In this document: piece after piece, positions 1 through 9,575 of the stretch | Numbering within the stretch: position 1 is the stretch's first letter | How the letters are laid out: every line of letters starts with the position of its first letter | Assembly: GCF_011045215.1 (NCBI RefSeq) | Contig: NZ_CP049201.1 | Strand: one strand, 5' to 3' | DNA from: Escherichia coli | Lineage (GTDB): Bacteria; Pseudomonadota; Gammaproteobacteria; Enterobacterales; Enterobacteriaceae | DNA: 64,000 bases | Translations under genes and position numbers: made by a program | Notes under the pieces: model-generated | The model's input: the letters and a program-made list of their open reading frames with translations, nothing else | The model's database searches: none | What the model was told of the DNA's origin: nothing

Positions 1-281
1 ATTGCGAGCGGGAAGAAATTCGGTAAGTCATCATCCCGTCATAGCCGCCAGAGATACTGGAAGACGGTAACTGGCCCGGCAGAGACTGGCCGACCTGCGC
101 CTGCGAGGTCATGCGCAGATATTTCTGATAGACCATCAAATCACTGGAACTGATTTTTACCGCTGGAGCACCACCAGCCAGGACTTCAAACGCCCCGGAA
201 GCCATGCTCTGTTGCACGATCATTTCCGGCAGCACCATTGACGGCGACACAATAGTAGTCGCAGGAGTAAATGCGCTCATT
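1..281 (-). CDS. phage structural protein, N-terminal part (possibly major capsid); truncated by window edge
   Basis: Minus-strand ORF starting at ATG (278-280 complement), translation begins MSAFTPATTIVSPSMVLPEMIVQQ and runs off the window; sits after the protease/scaffold and head protein genes in the late operon. Confidence 0.3.
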
Positions 282-294
282 AATTAATATCCCC

Positions 295-912
295 TTAAAT
301 TAAAAACAGGCCGCACGGTTTGCCGATTTCCCAGACAACGTTACCGCCATCCTCTTTTTTCACCGTCAGGTTTCCGTCAACTGAAACCATCAGCAGCTTA
401 ATATCCACTTTCGGATTAGCGCCGGGTGATCCCGAATAAACATCAACCATGTTTTTCGTCAGATCCCACACAAAACCACTGGCAGCAACGGTGTTATTGC
501 CATCAGCCAGCGCAACAACTTCTGCACTGACAGGGAGAGGAATGCGGGCACCTGAGCCAACGCGGTAATAGTGAACAAAGCCACCCGCAAGATATAACGG
601 CACCGGATTATCCGGCGTGGTAATGCCATGAAATGCCTGATTAAAGACCGTAAAGGCGTTACATGCGTTTTGTGTAGCCTGCTTAATTACCGCGCCGTTA
701 ACGCTGTCTTTCGCGGGAGCAATGCACTCCATAATGCCAACGCCACCCCATACCGGTTCAGTGATTTTGCTGTCCAGTCGACCGGAGCAAAGTTGCAGAC
801 GAATTGCCGGATCATCCTGCGCATCCCCCTGCATCAGCCCACGGGATTCGACGTTAAAAAGGCCAACAAATGCTCCACGGTTTTTAAACGGATGAAAATT
901 AATATCAGCCAT
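295..912 (-). CDS. phage head protein (decoration- or capsid-associated), 205 aa
   Basis: ORF in head module between the scaffold/protease gene and the next structural gene; function assigned by position only. Confidence 0.4.
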   Translation of the reverse strand: MADINFHPFKNRGAFVGLFNVESRGLMQGDAQDDPAIRLQLCSGRLDSKITEPVWGGVGIMECIAPAKDSVNGAVIKQATQNACNAFTVFNQAFHGITTPDNPVPLYLAGGFVHYYRVGSGARIPLPVSAEVVALADGNNTVAASGFVWDLTKNMVDVYSGSPGANPKVDIKLLMVSVDGNLTVKKEDGGNVVWEIGKPCGLFLI

Positions 913-2227
913 TGTTCAGGCTCCCTTGAGTGTTAATTTTTGCCAGACGACGCCCCGGAATTTTGAAAGCACTCAGCCAGACGTTCGGATCGCCCTGATA
1001 TTCAGTAATGCGACGCCCGGCTTCATCGTTGCGGATACGTTTATGCAGTTGCCCCTGCCTACTCATCATTTCTTTTTCGATGGACTGACGGGCGGCACTG
1101 AAAATTGCGTCCTCAAGCACAGCCAGCGTTGCAGAATCCGCAATCGCGCGAATATTGACGTCCTTATGTGCCGGAGAGTGTTTCTGCATAGCGATTAGCG
1201 CACGCTTGCGGTAGTCCAGCGCATTTTCACCAGAAAACGGTGCTGGCGCGTTTTTACCGCAGGCACTGAATGCGGAGTCGGCTTTTGCCTGCGCTTCTGC
1301 CAGGGCAGAGTCATTGCGTTCTTTTTCTGCCTCCTCGTCAGCCTTACGCTGTTCTTCCGCTTCGGAATCAGCCTTTGCTTTCTCCTCAGCGTCTTTGGCT
1401 GCCGCCTCGTCAGCTTTGGCTTTTTCTTCCGCCTCCTTTGCCGCAGCTTCATCAGCTTTACGCTGTTCCTCTGCTGCTTCATCGGCTTTGGCCTTTTCTT
1501 CGGCCTCTTTTTTCGCCAGCTCTTCAGCATCCGCCCGCGCTTTGTCCCGCTGTTCCAGTGAGTCCATGCGCGTGACGACTCCATCGATTTTCTGATTAAT
1601 GCCGCTCAGGGCATCATTCACCACCCCCTGTAACAGGGCCTGGAGTTCTTCTTTTTCCATCTCAATTTCACCTGTATTTGTCACTTCAACCCCTGCGGGG
1701 ATCCGGTCTTTATCCCACACGCCCAACGAGCCGTGGTCTTTCGTCACCAGGGCGATGTGATCAACAAGGAAAGGAACGCCTTCGATTAAAAAATTGGTGT
1801 CACCTTCCTGTACTTCCACATTTCCTGATGTGCTGTTGAACACCACCGACGGGCTTGTCGAAACATCCCCCTCAGTGATTTCTTCAACAATGCTCTGGAG
1901 GTAAACGCGGCACACCGCCCATACCTCATCACCCCGGATATACGGCAGCATGACGCTACCAACGATCCGCGATTTAAAATCCTCCTCCGTCAGAACTGCG
2001 TCGTCAGGATGGTTTGCGATAACCGGAAGGCCATTGCATCGCCTTAAAAACTCCTCGTTCAGATAGAGCTTTGGATCACGCCAGACGTGCTCTTTCAGCC
2101 CGGCGCGATAGGCAAGCCCGGTTCCGGTTATGCGCAAATTCACCAGCCACATGTTGGAGAATTTCACCGGAGACGGTACGGTTCCGTCCCTGATGCGTTC
2201 TGCCACTTCAAGCTCGGTTAAACTCAC
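905..2227 (-). CDS. prohead protease / scaffold-like protein with internal Ala/Glu/Lys-rich coiled-coil repeats, 440 aa
   Basis: Position directly after portal and head-morphogenesis genes; central low-complexity region of EEKAKADEAA-type repeats typical of scaffold domains. Confidence 0.4.
   Translation of the reverse strand: MSLTELEVAERIRDGTVPSPVKFSNMWLVNLRITGTGLAYRAGLKEHVWRDPKLYLNEEFLRRCNGLPVIANHPDDAVLTEEDFKSRIVGSVMLPYIRGDEVWAVCRVYLQSIVEEITEGDVSTSPSVVFNSTSGNVEVQEGDTNFLIEGVPFLVDHIALVTKDHGSLGVWDKDRIPAGVEVTNTGEIEMEKEELQALLQGVVNDALSGINQKIDGVVTRMDSLEQRDKARADAEELAKKEAEEKAKADEAAEEQRKADEAAAKEAEEKAKADEAAAKDAEEKAKADSEAEEQRKADEEAEKERNDSALAEAQAKADSAFSACGKNAPAPFSGENALDYRKRALIAMQKHSPAHKDVNIRAIADSATLAVLEDAIFSAARQSIEKEMMSRQGQLHKRIRNDEAGRRITEYQGDPNVWLSAFKIPGRRLAKINTQGSLNNG
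1314..1560. repeat. in-frame tandem degenerate repeat (about 27-30 nt units) encoding (A/E/K)-rich heptad-like repeats
   Basis: Direct reading: repeated gctttggc/ttcttccgcctc motifs; translated as AEEKAKADEAA repeats inside the 905-2227 ORF. Confidence 0.7.
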
Positions 2228-3041
2228 GTTTGCCCTTCTCCGTTAAAAATTCGTCGGGTAGTTTCTGAGGGGCGTAGATCGGCAGTGCATCGCAACTGCA
2301 ATAAACCTCCTCCCCGGCAGCAGTGATTTCGTCATAAAAACCATATACGGGCTTAATCAGCCCCTGCTCCAGCGCCCACGAATCGCGGAGGAGATAAATT
2401 TTCTCGTCGCGCTCTTTGTGGTCCTGTCGGTATTTGTAGCCCGGACGCCGCCAATTCGAATGCCAGCGCAGAGCAATCGCTCCACTCTGAACAGCCAGCA
2501 GATACTTAACGTTGCTTGCCAGCTTATGCCCCTGGTCAATTGCCACCCGACGACTGATAAAATCCATATCCTTCACGGATTTCTGAAACCCGGCCTTCAC
2601 TTCCCGGCGATCAATTTCGCTCACCCCGTCAGGCGGAATGGACGTAACCCAACCCTGAAAACGCTGTATGGTTTTCTCGATGGCCTGTTCTCGGTTGAGT
2701 TTTATCAGGTTGGCACTGGCGAAAATTCGCCTGTCGAGTTCCTTGCGAAACTCAGGTTTCAGTTTTTCAACAGTGATTTTTTTAGGGCCGTCAGGAGGCT
2801 GATCCCGTAATGCCCCGCCGTCGATGACAAGACGGCTGTAGATAGCGGTGAGGTGTTTTCTGGCTACGGTATCATCAGGGGTTTCTCGCTGAGCGGCTAC
2901 ACGGAGTTTCCGGCACCATTCGAGCAATGATTTTTCGCTATCCCACCCGTGATTTACGTAGTAGTTAACGGCATCCGTCAGAACCTCATACAGCGTCCTG
3001 ATCCGTTTCTTCTTCCTCACCGCCCGGCTGGAAATTGCCAT
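2208..3041 (-). CDS. phage head morphogenesis protein (Mu F / SPP1 gp7-like minor head protein); start uncertain
   Basis: ORF immediately downstream of portal in late operon; track ORF (2208-3179) overlaps portal so an internal start is assumed. Confidence 0.35.
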   Translation of the reverse strand: MAISSRAVRKKKRIRTLYEVLTDAVNYYVNHGWDSEKSLLEWCRKLRVAAQRETPDDTVARKHLTAIYSRLVIDGGALRDQPPDGPKKITVEKLKPEFRKELDRRIFASANLIKLNREQAIEKTIQRFQGWVTSIPPDGVSEIDRREVKAGFQKSVKDMDFISRRVAIDQGHKLASNVKYLLAVQSGAIALRWHSNWRRPGYKYRQDHKERDEKIYLLRDSWALEQGLIKPVYGFYDEITAAGEEVYCSCDALPIYAPQKLPDEFLTEKGKREFNRA

Positions 3042-4425
3042 CAGGCGTCTCCTGCTTCGGTGGTTCATAATTCGCCAGCGCGTCCACATCAATGATGAGT
3101 GGAGCTTCGCCATAGGTTTGCGTGGCATTAACAAGGCTTGCCAGCCATTCAGTGACGGCGGCACGGTTTTCAGGATCAACCTGTGGCGACACGGCAGAGA
3201 AAAGTGCTATCGCCTGTTGAATCACTTTACTGTCGCTTTCCCGGCGTTTGTCCGGCGACTCCTCCACCAGCTCCTGCCATGTCGCGGTAAATTCACGTCG
3301 CCACTGGTAAAACGTGGTTTTATAGTCATCAGTTATGATGTCCGGGTAATCATTTTTCAGCGACTGATAAAATTCCTCGTTCCAGGCGATGTACTGCACC
3401 AGGCGTTCGAAATAATCCATCACGGGTTCAATCTGCTGGCGTACACCATCGATATACTGGCTGATGGCTTTCGAATCTTCGGTCCCCTCACCGAAACCAT
3501 TCGAAAAGGCTTCCTCTTTGATGAGGATCGCCGGAACGTCACTCCCTGACGCAATATCGGAAATAATATTGTCGCGTGCAGCGTTTAGCGCACCATCGAT
3601 GTTTTGTAGATTTAGCGAGGTAACGTCCTCATCCTTCCCGATACTAAGCACACCTTTATTTTTTGCCTCTTTGACGTTTTCCCTTTTTCGTCCCGTGGCG
3701 GCAGCCATGATCCCGTCAAGTTTCGAACCGTACTGCACAACTTTAGCTACCAGTACGCCCGCCTTCTGGCTGACGAGATCATTCGCCTCCATCGTGTTGA
3801 TATAGGATTTCAGGGAATAAAGAACGCGCTGAAACACACTTCGTCCGGTGAATCCGAACGATGAACTCTGAAACTCCAGATAAATCGGTGTGCCGTTGAA
3901 GATTTTCAGTGTGCGTGACGGATGCCAGTCTTTCCCACCAATCTTCAGTTTTTTATTGGCTTCCTGGAAAAACGGGCTGTTGGGGTTCTGGTCAGTCACC
4001 ATCGAACCGGAAGCGTTCAACGGGTCCCACGCGTTGATATACACGTCATCTTCTGTCAGTCCGAACGTCGGAAGCGGTTCACGACATGGAACGCTGTCGG
4101 TGCCCACGCCGATCGCTGCAGCACCGTAGCAACGAGACAGAAAAAACAGATTTTTAATCTTCTCGTTGACCTTCATGCGTTCCCATACCTCCTGAAAACG
4201 CCTCACAACCCTCTCGTCAGGGTCTGTCTCCACGTTATACTGGCGCGGCTTACACATCGCCATCAGTATGGGTTTTTCGACAAGTTTTCCGCCCAGAGGA
4301 TGGAATTGCCACAGCTGCTTACACAATTCATAGCCAATGTCGGTTCCCGGCTGAATTTCTTCAGCCTCAAGAATACGCATCAGTGCCGAACCGAGGCCGC
4401 CAGTAATCTCGATCTCTGCCATCAA
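2986..4425 (-). CDS. phage portal protein, 479 aa
   Basis: Large ORF directly downstream of terminase large subunit with acidic C-terminus; canonical position of portal. Confidence 0.55.
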   Translation of the reverse strand: MMAEIEITGGLGSALMRILEAEEIQPGTDIGYELCKQLWQFHPLGGKLVEKPILMAMCKPRQYNVETDPDERVVRRFQEVWERMKVNEKIKNLFFLSRCYGAAAIGVGTDSVPCREPLPTFGLTEDDVYINAWDPLNASGSMVTDQNPNSPFFQEANKKLKIGGKDWHPSRTLKIFNGTPIYLEFQSSSFGFTGRSVFQRVLYSLKSYINTMEANDLVSQKAGVLVAKVVQYGSKLDGIMAAATGRKRENVKEAKNKGVLSIGKDEDVTSLNLQNIDGALNAARDNIISDIASGSDVPAILIKEEAFSNGFGEGTEDSKAISQYIDGVRQQIEPVMDYFERLVQYIAWNEEFYQSLKNDYPDIITDDYKTTFYQWRREFTATWQELVEESPDKRRESDSKVIQQAIALFSAVSPQVDPENRAAVTEWLASLVNATQTYGEAPLIIDVDALANYEPPKQETPDGNFQPGGEEEETDQDAV

Positions 4426-4439
4426 AAATATCCTGATTT

Positions 4440-5768
4440 TTACAACTCCGCGTAATTACCGTGCGCGATGATCAATCCATAGGTGTAACAATCGAAAAGG
4501 TCATCAGCACGTTTATGCGCGTCTTTGTCTGCCAGGTGGAACCCGGCGATTTGTTTGATGAGGTGGTTTGCGGTTGTGCGCTTGAATGAAACGGTTTTGT
4601 CGTAAGCCTCGCGGGTAATTTTGCATTTACCCTGGTAATGGTGGCTGGAAGCCAGCACCGCGCGCTCGTCTTTCCCTTTGCTGGTTAACGCTGATTTAAT
4701 CGGCGTCATATCCCAGCCTTCGGTTTCCGCTTTCTGGTTGAGGATTGCGCCCATTGCGGCATCCTCCATGAATACCCCCTGACTCCCCAGGCGCGGGCGG
4801 CAGAGTTGCGCCAGCCGCTCGAGGTTGTCATAAACACCGGGGATATACTCAGGAAGCAGCGACGCTTTAATTTGCGTCACATCCCAGTCGATAACGGTCA
4901 GTTTCGGCTCATCGGAATACGTGGACTCATACGCGAAGTAAACCACGCCTGTCCCGTCGTTCTCCGTCCCGCCTTTCAGCGCCGTATCCATTACCGCAAA
5001 AATCATGTCGCAGTGTCGCGGCATCTCAACCGGCTGGCCATCCACCAGCAGCTTATCGACATCGAGTAACGCGTCTTTGGACCAGTCTACGAACTCTGCA
5101 AGATATTCCTGCTGCCAGACGCGCGGATCGGATTTCTTCTCCGTTTCCTCCAGTTCTTCTTTCGGAATATACGGATTCGATGAAGTTGGCGCATGGTGCA
5201 TAACAAATCCCAGGGATTCATCGTGGCATATCGCGTAGAAAAAATTGCTCTCGTCGATACCGTTTGGTGTGGAAAATACCCACGCACAGCCGCGGTAATC
5301 GACAAGCGTCGGGCGTATCGCTCGGGGCCAGATTTCCTCGAGCATTTCCGGCGATTTAGTGAATGCGGCCTCATCAATCAGCACAGCGTGATATTTACGC
5401 CCACGCCCGGCCAGTTTGTTATTGTCCGTTACCCAAAAGTCGATGCGCCCCCCATTACGGAGAATGATGCGCTTTTCATTTTTTGACTGACTGAGGATCA
5501 GCGGTTGCAGAACGGCGCTAATTTCATCCCAGATTTCCTGGTACTGGCGGTATTGCGCGGTAAAAATCCCCACCCTACCCGCGATAAGTTGCCCGGTGGT
5601 AGGAACGGCAAATTTCCGCGTAGCGAAACTGGTAGCGATGTTCACCAGCATCACCGTTTTACCCCAGCGACGACCACAGCATACCGCGTGGAAGCGTTCC
5701 TCTATTGCCGCCGTCCATGCAGCTATTTGCCCCTCATGAGGTTTTGGGAGGTAGATTTCAATCGACAT
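4440..5768 (-). CDS. terminase large subunit, 442 aa
   Basis: Walker A-like motif CGRRWGKT near N-terminus, acidic nuclease-like C-terminal half; follows the small-subunit gene with a 4-codon overlap. Confidence 0.75.
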   Translation of the reverse strand: MSIEIYLPKPHEGQIAAWTAAIEERFHAVCCGRRWGKTVMLVNIATSFATRKFAVPTTGQLIAGRVGIFTAQYRQYQEIWDEISAVLQPLILSQSKNEKRIILRNGGRIDFWVTDNNKLAGRGRKYHAVLIDEAAFTKSPEMLEEIWPRAIRPTLVDYRGCAWVFSTPNGIDESNFFYAICHDESLGFVMHHAPTSSNPYIPKEELEETEKKSDPRVWQQEYLAEFVDWSKDALLDVDKLLVDGQPVEMPRHCDMIFAVMDTALKGGTENDGTGVVYFAYESTYSDEPKLTVIDWDVTQIKASLLPEYIPGVYDNLERLAQLCRPRLGSQGVFMEDAAMGAILNQKAETEGWDMTPIKSALTSKGKDERAVLASSHHYQGKCKITREAYDKTVSFKRTTANHLIKQIAGFHLADKDAHKRADDLFDCYTYGLIIAHGNYAEL

Positions 5769-6849
5769 TATCCACTCCCGGCATCGGCAGAGAGTTGTGG
5801 ATAATTATTTCGTTATTCTCACCACCCACGCCTTTTTTGAGGTTTTCAATCTCAGTGCGCAGCTTTTCGTTGCGAAGCCTCAGTCCTTCAAGCTCCAGAT
5901 CATTGCGACTGTCAGTTGCACCACCAGCAGAACTTCCTTTCGTCGCCATTATCAGCTTGATAAGTTCGCGCCGGGCGGCAGCCTTATCCTCCAGCAGGAT
6001 CTCAACACCAAATTTCCCGAGCTTTGCCCCTGCATATAATTGTCGCGCATCCCCATCAAGCAGAGTGGTATCAGCCATATAAAGCTGTCCCGTTCCCTCA
6101 CCGCAGCACTTCGGACAATCCGGATTGGGTATGGCGTTATCAACAAAGCCGAGGCCTCCATATTCCGGCTCGGGTTTGCCATCTCTGGAGGCCTGTGCCG
6201 CTGCCTTATCGAATTCTGCAATATCACGCCACTGGTAGAGGTGATTCTCGCCCCAGCAATAACGGCAGTTAACACGGCGAAATTGTGCCAACTGATTGGG
6301 GTCGGCCTGGACAATGGCCATCAACTGACTCACCAGTAAATCCAGGTCTGCGGTATAGCGTTTCTGATACTGATTGCGGAAGTAGCTGATAGCACGATAA
6401 ACCCTGGCATTTCTAAGCATACGGCTGGCGTTGCTGTTAGCTGTCGCACCTTGCCCCTCATAACCAGCCAGTCGGTATGCCTCTGTCGGCTTTTTCCCCT
6501 GAGCAACAAGCATCGCAAACTTAGCCTGCTGGTCAGAAATGCCGAATTCATCGGGGCAGAACGAAAATTCCTCCGCGTCGCCCTCATTCAGGCACGCATC
6601 GGATACTGGCTTTTTTTTCTGAGATTTTCCGTTCCGCTTTTGCGCAGTCTGCGCAGATTTTTTCTGCGCACTTTGTTGCGCAGTTTTGCGCATTTCTGTC
6701 TGCGCATTTTTCGGAGGTTTTTTGATGTAACGACGGGCTGTTGCGTAATTCAGTCCCCTTGCCTCACACCATGCCACCGGGGATACACCGGAGCGGGTGT
6801 ATTCAGCAATATATTCCTGCTGCAACGCCCCCCAGTCCGGTCTGCTCAT
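5758..6849 (-). CDS. terminase small subunit-like protein, 363 aa
   Basis: N-terminal HTH-like region, basic Lys/Gln-rich linker, position immediately upstream of terminase large subunit. Confidence 0.5.
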   Translation of the reverse strand: MSRPDWGALQQEYIAEYTRSGVSPVAWCEARGLNYATARRYIKKPPKNAQTEMRKTAQQSAQKKSAQTAQKRNGKSQKKKPVSDACLNEGDAEEFSFCPDEFGISDQQAKFAMLVAQGKKPTEAYRLAGYEGQGATANSNASRMLRNARVYRAISYFRNQYQKRYTADLDLLVSQLMAIVQADPNQLAQFRRVNCRYCWGENHLYQWRDIAEFDKAAAQASRDGKPEPEYGGLGFVDNAIPNPDCPKCCGEGTGQLYMADTTLLDGDARQLYAGAKLGKFGVEILLEDKAAARRELIKLIMATKGSSAGGATDSRNDLELEGLRLRNEKLRTEIENLKKGVGGENNEIIIHNSLPMPGVDNVD

Positions 6850-6852
6850 TAG

Positions 6853-7062
6853 TTAGTCCTGATTTTTATCCACCCTGAGTAGTTCACGCAGGGCAAAGGC
6901 ATCCCCTTTTCTGGCAAGCTTAAACAATGCCGCCCGTAGTTCGGCTTCACCTTTCGCTCTGCCCTTACGGATGGATGCGTAAAAATCTGTCATTGCTTCC
7001 CGATTTTCTTTCAGTCGGTTCAGATCAACATCCAGAACGTCAGCGATTTGTTGTGCAGTCAT
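6853..7062 (-). CDS. small HTH-like phage protein (about 69 aa from internal Met)
   Basis: Short ORF between GT-A-like gene and terS; alpha-helical basic sequence; start chosen to avoid overlap with upstream gene. Confidence 0.3.
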   Translation of the reverse strand: MTAQQIADVLDVDLNRLKENREAMTDFYASIRKGRAKGEAELRAALFKLARKGDAFALRELLRVDKNQD

Positions 7063-7990
7063 CCGGCACGCTGCCAGAGACTCGACTTTCGAATACGGAA
7101 TCATTTGTCACCCCCATTGATATGCAGGGTGTCTTCTTCCTGTATTTTTCGTGAAGGATTTTTACTGCAGCGTTGTTCCAGGTGACCTGATGGTGAATGC
7201 GTTTATGGCTGGCCCCCATCAGTGAGATTTTTACGCACGAGGGCGCATACATGACGGAGTAAAAACTTTTAACGTAGGTTCCGGAATCCAGATACAGCTC
7301 GGTCATTCCGCCGCTGTTTTTCTGCGTCTGTTTCTGCCCTAACTGGACAGCACCGATCGTCATAAACAATTCACCACAGCGACCGAGATTCGTGTACGTA
7401 TTCACATCCTCGTTAATGCGCCCCATGAATGAGAACGGTCGATCAACCGAACAGATAAAGCTGTTCATTGCCTTGCGTTTCACCCACGAAGCATGGCCGC
7501 CATTGTCACCAAGAAAATCCCCGCCCTGCGACATAGCGATGGAAAGCGCAGGTATTGATTCGTAGTACGCCAGCATTTCAGAAAGGATCGCATCCAGTTT
7601 TCTTATCGGGAAATAGGCCTGGTCATAGTTGCGATCCACCCGAAACTGAAACTCGTGATAATCATCATCGAGCTGAATGAAGTATTTACACCCGACCAGT
7701 TTTGCCAGGTCGAAACAGGCATTACGGGCGTAAAAAATTGAGCGGCGATCACCGAAATTATCGGCTTCGTCAAAACGACTGGCTATATCGGCTTTGGAAA
7801 ACACCAGCACCTGTTCACCAAATTCAGCTATGTACTGATGCCGTGTCTTATCTTCATCATCAACAACGATAAAAATTTTCCCGGTATAGCCAGCACGACG
7901 CAACGTCCGGTAAGTCAGAACTTTGTCCGGTCGCCCGTGAGTCAGAATAAAGGCGCAAAAATCATCACGCATATTCCTCCTCCCCGCCAT
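7040..7990 (-). CDS. hypothetical protein with GT-A-like (nucleotide-diphospho-sugar transferase-like) motifs, about 310 aa
   Basis: N-terminal FILTHGRPD...IFIVVDDED and a later LDDDY (DXD-like) motif resemble GT2-type glycosyltransferases; translationally coupled to the upstream ParB-like gene. Confidence 0.35.
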   Translation of the reverse strand: MAGRRNMRDDFCAFILTHGRPDKVLTYRTLRRAGYTGKIFIVVDDEDKTRHQYIAEFGEQVLVFSKADIASRFDEADNFGDRRSIFYARNACFDLAKLVGCKYFIQLDDDYHEFQFRVDRNYDQAYFPIRKLDAILSEMLAYYESIPALSIAMSQGGDFLGDNGGHASWVKRKAMNSFICSVDRPFSFMGRINEDVNTYTNLGRCGELFMTIGAVQLGQKQTQKNSGGMTELYLDSGTYVKSFYSVMYAPSCVKISLMGASHKRIHHQVTWNNAAVKILHEKYRKKTPCISMGVTNDSVFESRVSGSVPDDCTTNR

Positions 7991-8753
7991 GCATGATCTC
8001 CACCATACGCTGCGTCATCCGGACAAAACCATTTTCGATGGCTTGCTGATAATCAATGATCACCAGTGCCGACTCCTCAAAAAGGCCCTGAATTTCAGCG
8101 GGGGCGTGAGCGTAATAGTCTGCAATTCTGCTGAAATTAAACACCGTGTGGCGTTCTGCCGCGCACAGGAGGAATTTTTCGATATCAGGCTCAAGGGACG
8201 CCGTACGTATCCGGCTGACCAGCTCCTGAGTTTTCGTATCGTCGTACAGTTCACTGATATCCGGTTCATCCCCTGACGGCTCATAAACAGGCGTATCAAT
8301 TTTCGTCGTGTACGGCTCATCCTCATTCGCTGTACCTGGCAAAACATCCGTTAATAGTTCGTCAATTTCTGTCGGGCAGAATCCTGTCAGGGAGATATCA
8401 AAATCAGCATTGATTAGGTCCGACAGCTCCATCCGTAACAGATCTTCATCCCAGCCAGCACTCATCGGCAGGCGATTATCAGCCAGGCGGTACGCCTTTT
8501 TCTGATCATCCGTCAGACCAGACAGAACAATGACCGGAACCGAATCCATTTTGAGCGCCTCAGCCGCCATAACACGCCCGTGCCCCGCAATAATTTCACC
8601 CTTTTCATCAATCAGCACCGGATTTGTCCAGCCGAATTGCTTAATGCTTTCAACCAGCTGTGTCACCTGTTCAGGAGAGTGTGTCCTTGCATTGTGCACA
8701 TACGGAGACAACTCTTGTAACAGTCGATAGACAATATTCAATTTTTCGCTCAT
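7965..8753 (-). CDS. ParB-like nuclease domain protein, 262 aa
   Basis: ParB/Srx-type N-terminal domain (…VHNARTHS…IIAGHGR motif); start at the ATG preceded by a GAGG Shine-Dalgarno. Confidence 0.6.
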   Translation of the reverse strand: MSEKLNIVYRLLQELSPYVHNARTHSPEQVTQLVESIKQFGWTNPVLIDEKGEIIAGHGRVMAAEALKMDSVPVIVLSGLTDDQKKAYRLADNRLPMSAGWDEDLLRMELSDLINADFDISLTGFCPTEIDELLTDVLPGTANEDEPYTTKIDTPVYEPSGDEPDISELYDDTKTQELVSRIRTASLEPDIEKFLLCAAERHTVFNFSRIADYYAHAPAEIQGLFEESALVIIDYQQAIENGFVRMTQRMVEIMHGGEEEYA

Positions 8754-9226
8754 ACAACCTCGCTTTATGAATAAAAAACTAACAGCAGCCAGTGGAGAGC
8801 ATTTATCATTAACATTTACAGATAAGATGACGTACATCATTGAAACGCCATTAAGCTATATACCTGCAGCATTTGTAGTTGCACTCCGCAACTCTGCGAC
8901 TACGGTTATAAAAGCATTGGCAACTTTTGCCACCGGCAAATCTTCCATGGATTTCCTCTGCCGGTTTTTTATTTTCGTCGATGCATAACATTGCATTTAC
9001 ATCAATACCGTCTATTGTCATAAGTATGTTGTACCGATGCTCGGGTGATATTGGCGGTCTTCGCCAGCCGGTTCTGTGTAGTTGCTCCCTGTGACCGGTT
9101 TTTTATTTCTCACATTACAGCAGCCCCTCACCAAAGGGCTGCTGTAATGCCTGCTGTTACTCACAAATCAGACCATCATGATCACCGCTCATCCCTGGAC
9201 TGTTCCCGCAGTCGGAGTTTTGTTTT

Positions 9227-9508
9227 TCATTTACTGGTATGAGTTCTGCATCGGGCTATTTCATTCCGGGCCTTACTGTCACCGCGACAGATACAACGCA
9301 CCGTGTCTCCGGTCAGCGTGGTAATGTAAGCCTCATCCTCTTTTTCTACCGAAATACATGGAATATCCCAGCCCCGGCAATACTCAATTTTTGCTGCCAA
9401 GTGAGTGTCACGCGGATAGAACTCCAGACGATACATATCCCCCAGGACATGCACTTCCTCAACCTGACGGCCATCTTTAGTTACCGTTATTTTTTTCAGT
9501 GCGTACAT
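9227..9508 (-). CDS. Cys-rich hypothetical protein, 93 aa
   Basis: ORF with GGAGG Shine-Dalgarno 7 nt upstream of the internal ATG (MYALKK...), located just after a terminator-like hairpin downstream of the endolysin. Confidence 0.4.
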   Translation of the reverse strand: MYALKKITVTKDGRQVEEVHVLGDMYRLEFYPRDTHLAAKIEYCRGWDIPCISVEKEDEAYITTLTGDTVRCICRGDSKARNEIARCRTHTSK

Positions 9509-9575
9509 ACGTACCTCCGTTCTTTCGTTTTTTGAGTAATAAAAAAGGCCGCCACAGCGACCTTTGCCAGTACGT

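Noticed and set aside
1195-1595. Three overlapping ORFs (1195-1584 minus, 1270-1575 plus, 1314-1595 plus) with Arg/Lys-, Pro/Leu- or Ser/Ala-rich translations
   Set aside because: They are alternative-frame readings of the in-frame tandem repeat inside the scaffold/protease gene; low-complexity translations with no independent start signals.
8767-8988. 73-aa plus-strand ORF divergent from the ParB-like gene
   Set aside because: No Shine-Dalgarno, and it runs through a terminator-like palindrome; probably a chance ORF in low-coding DNA.
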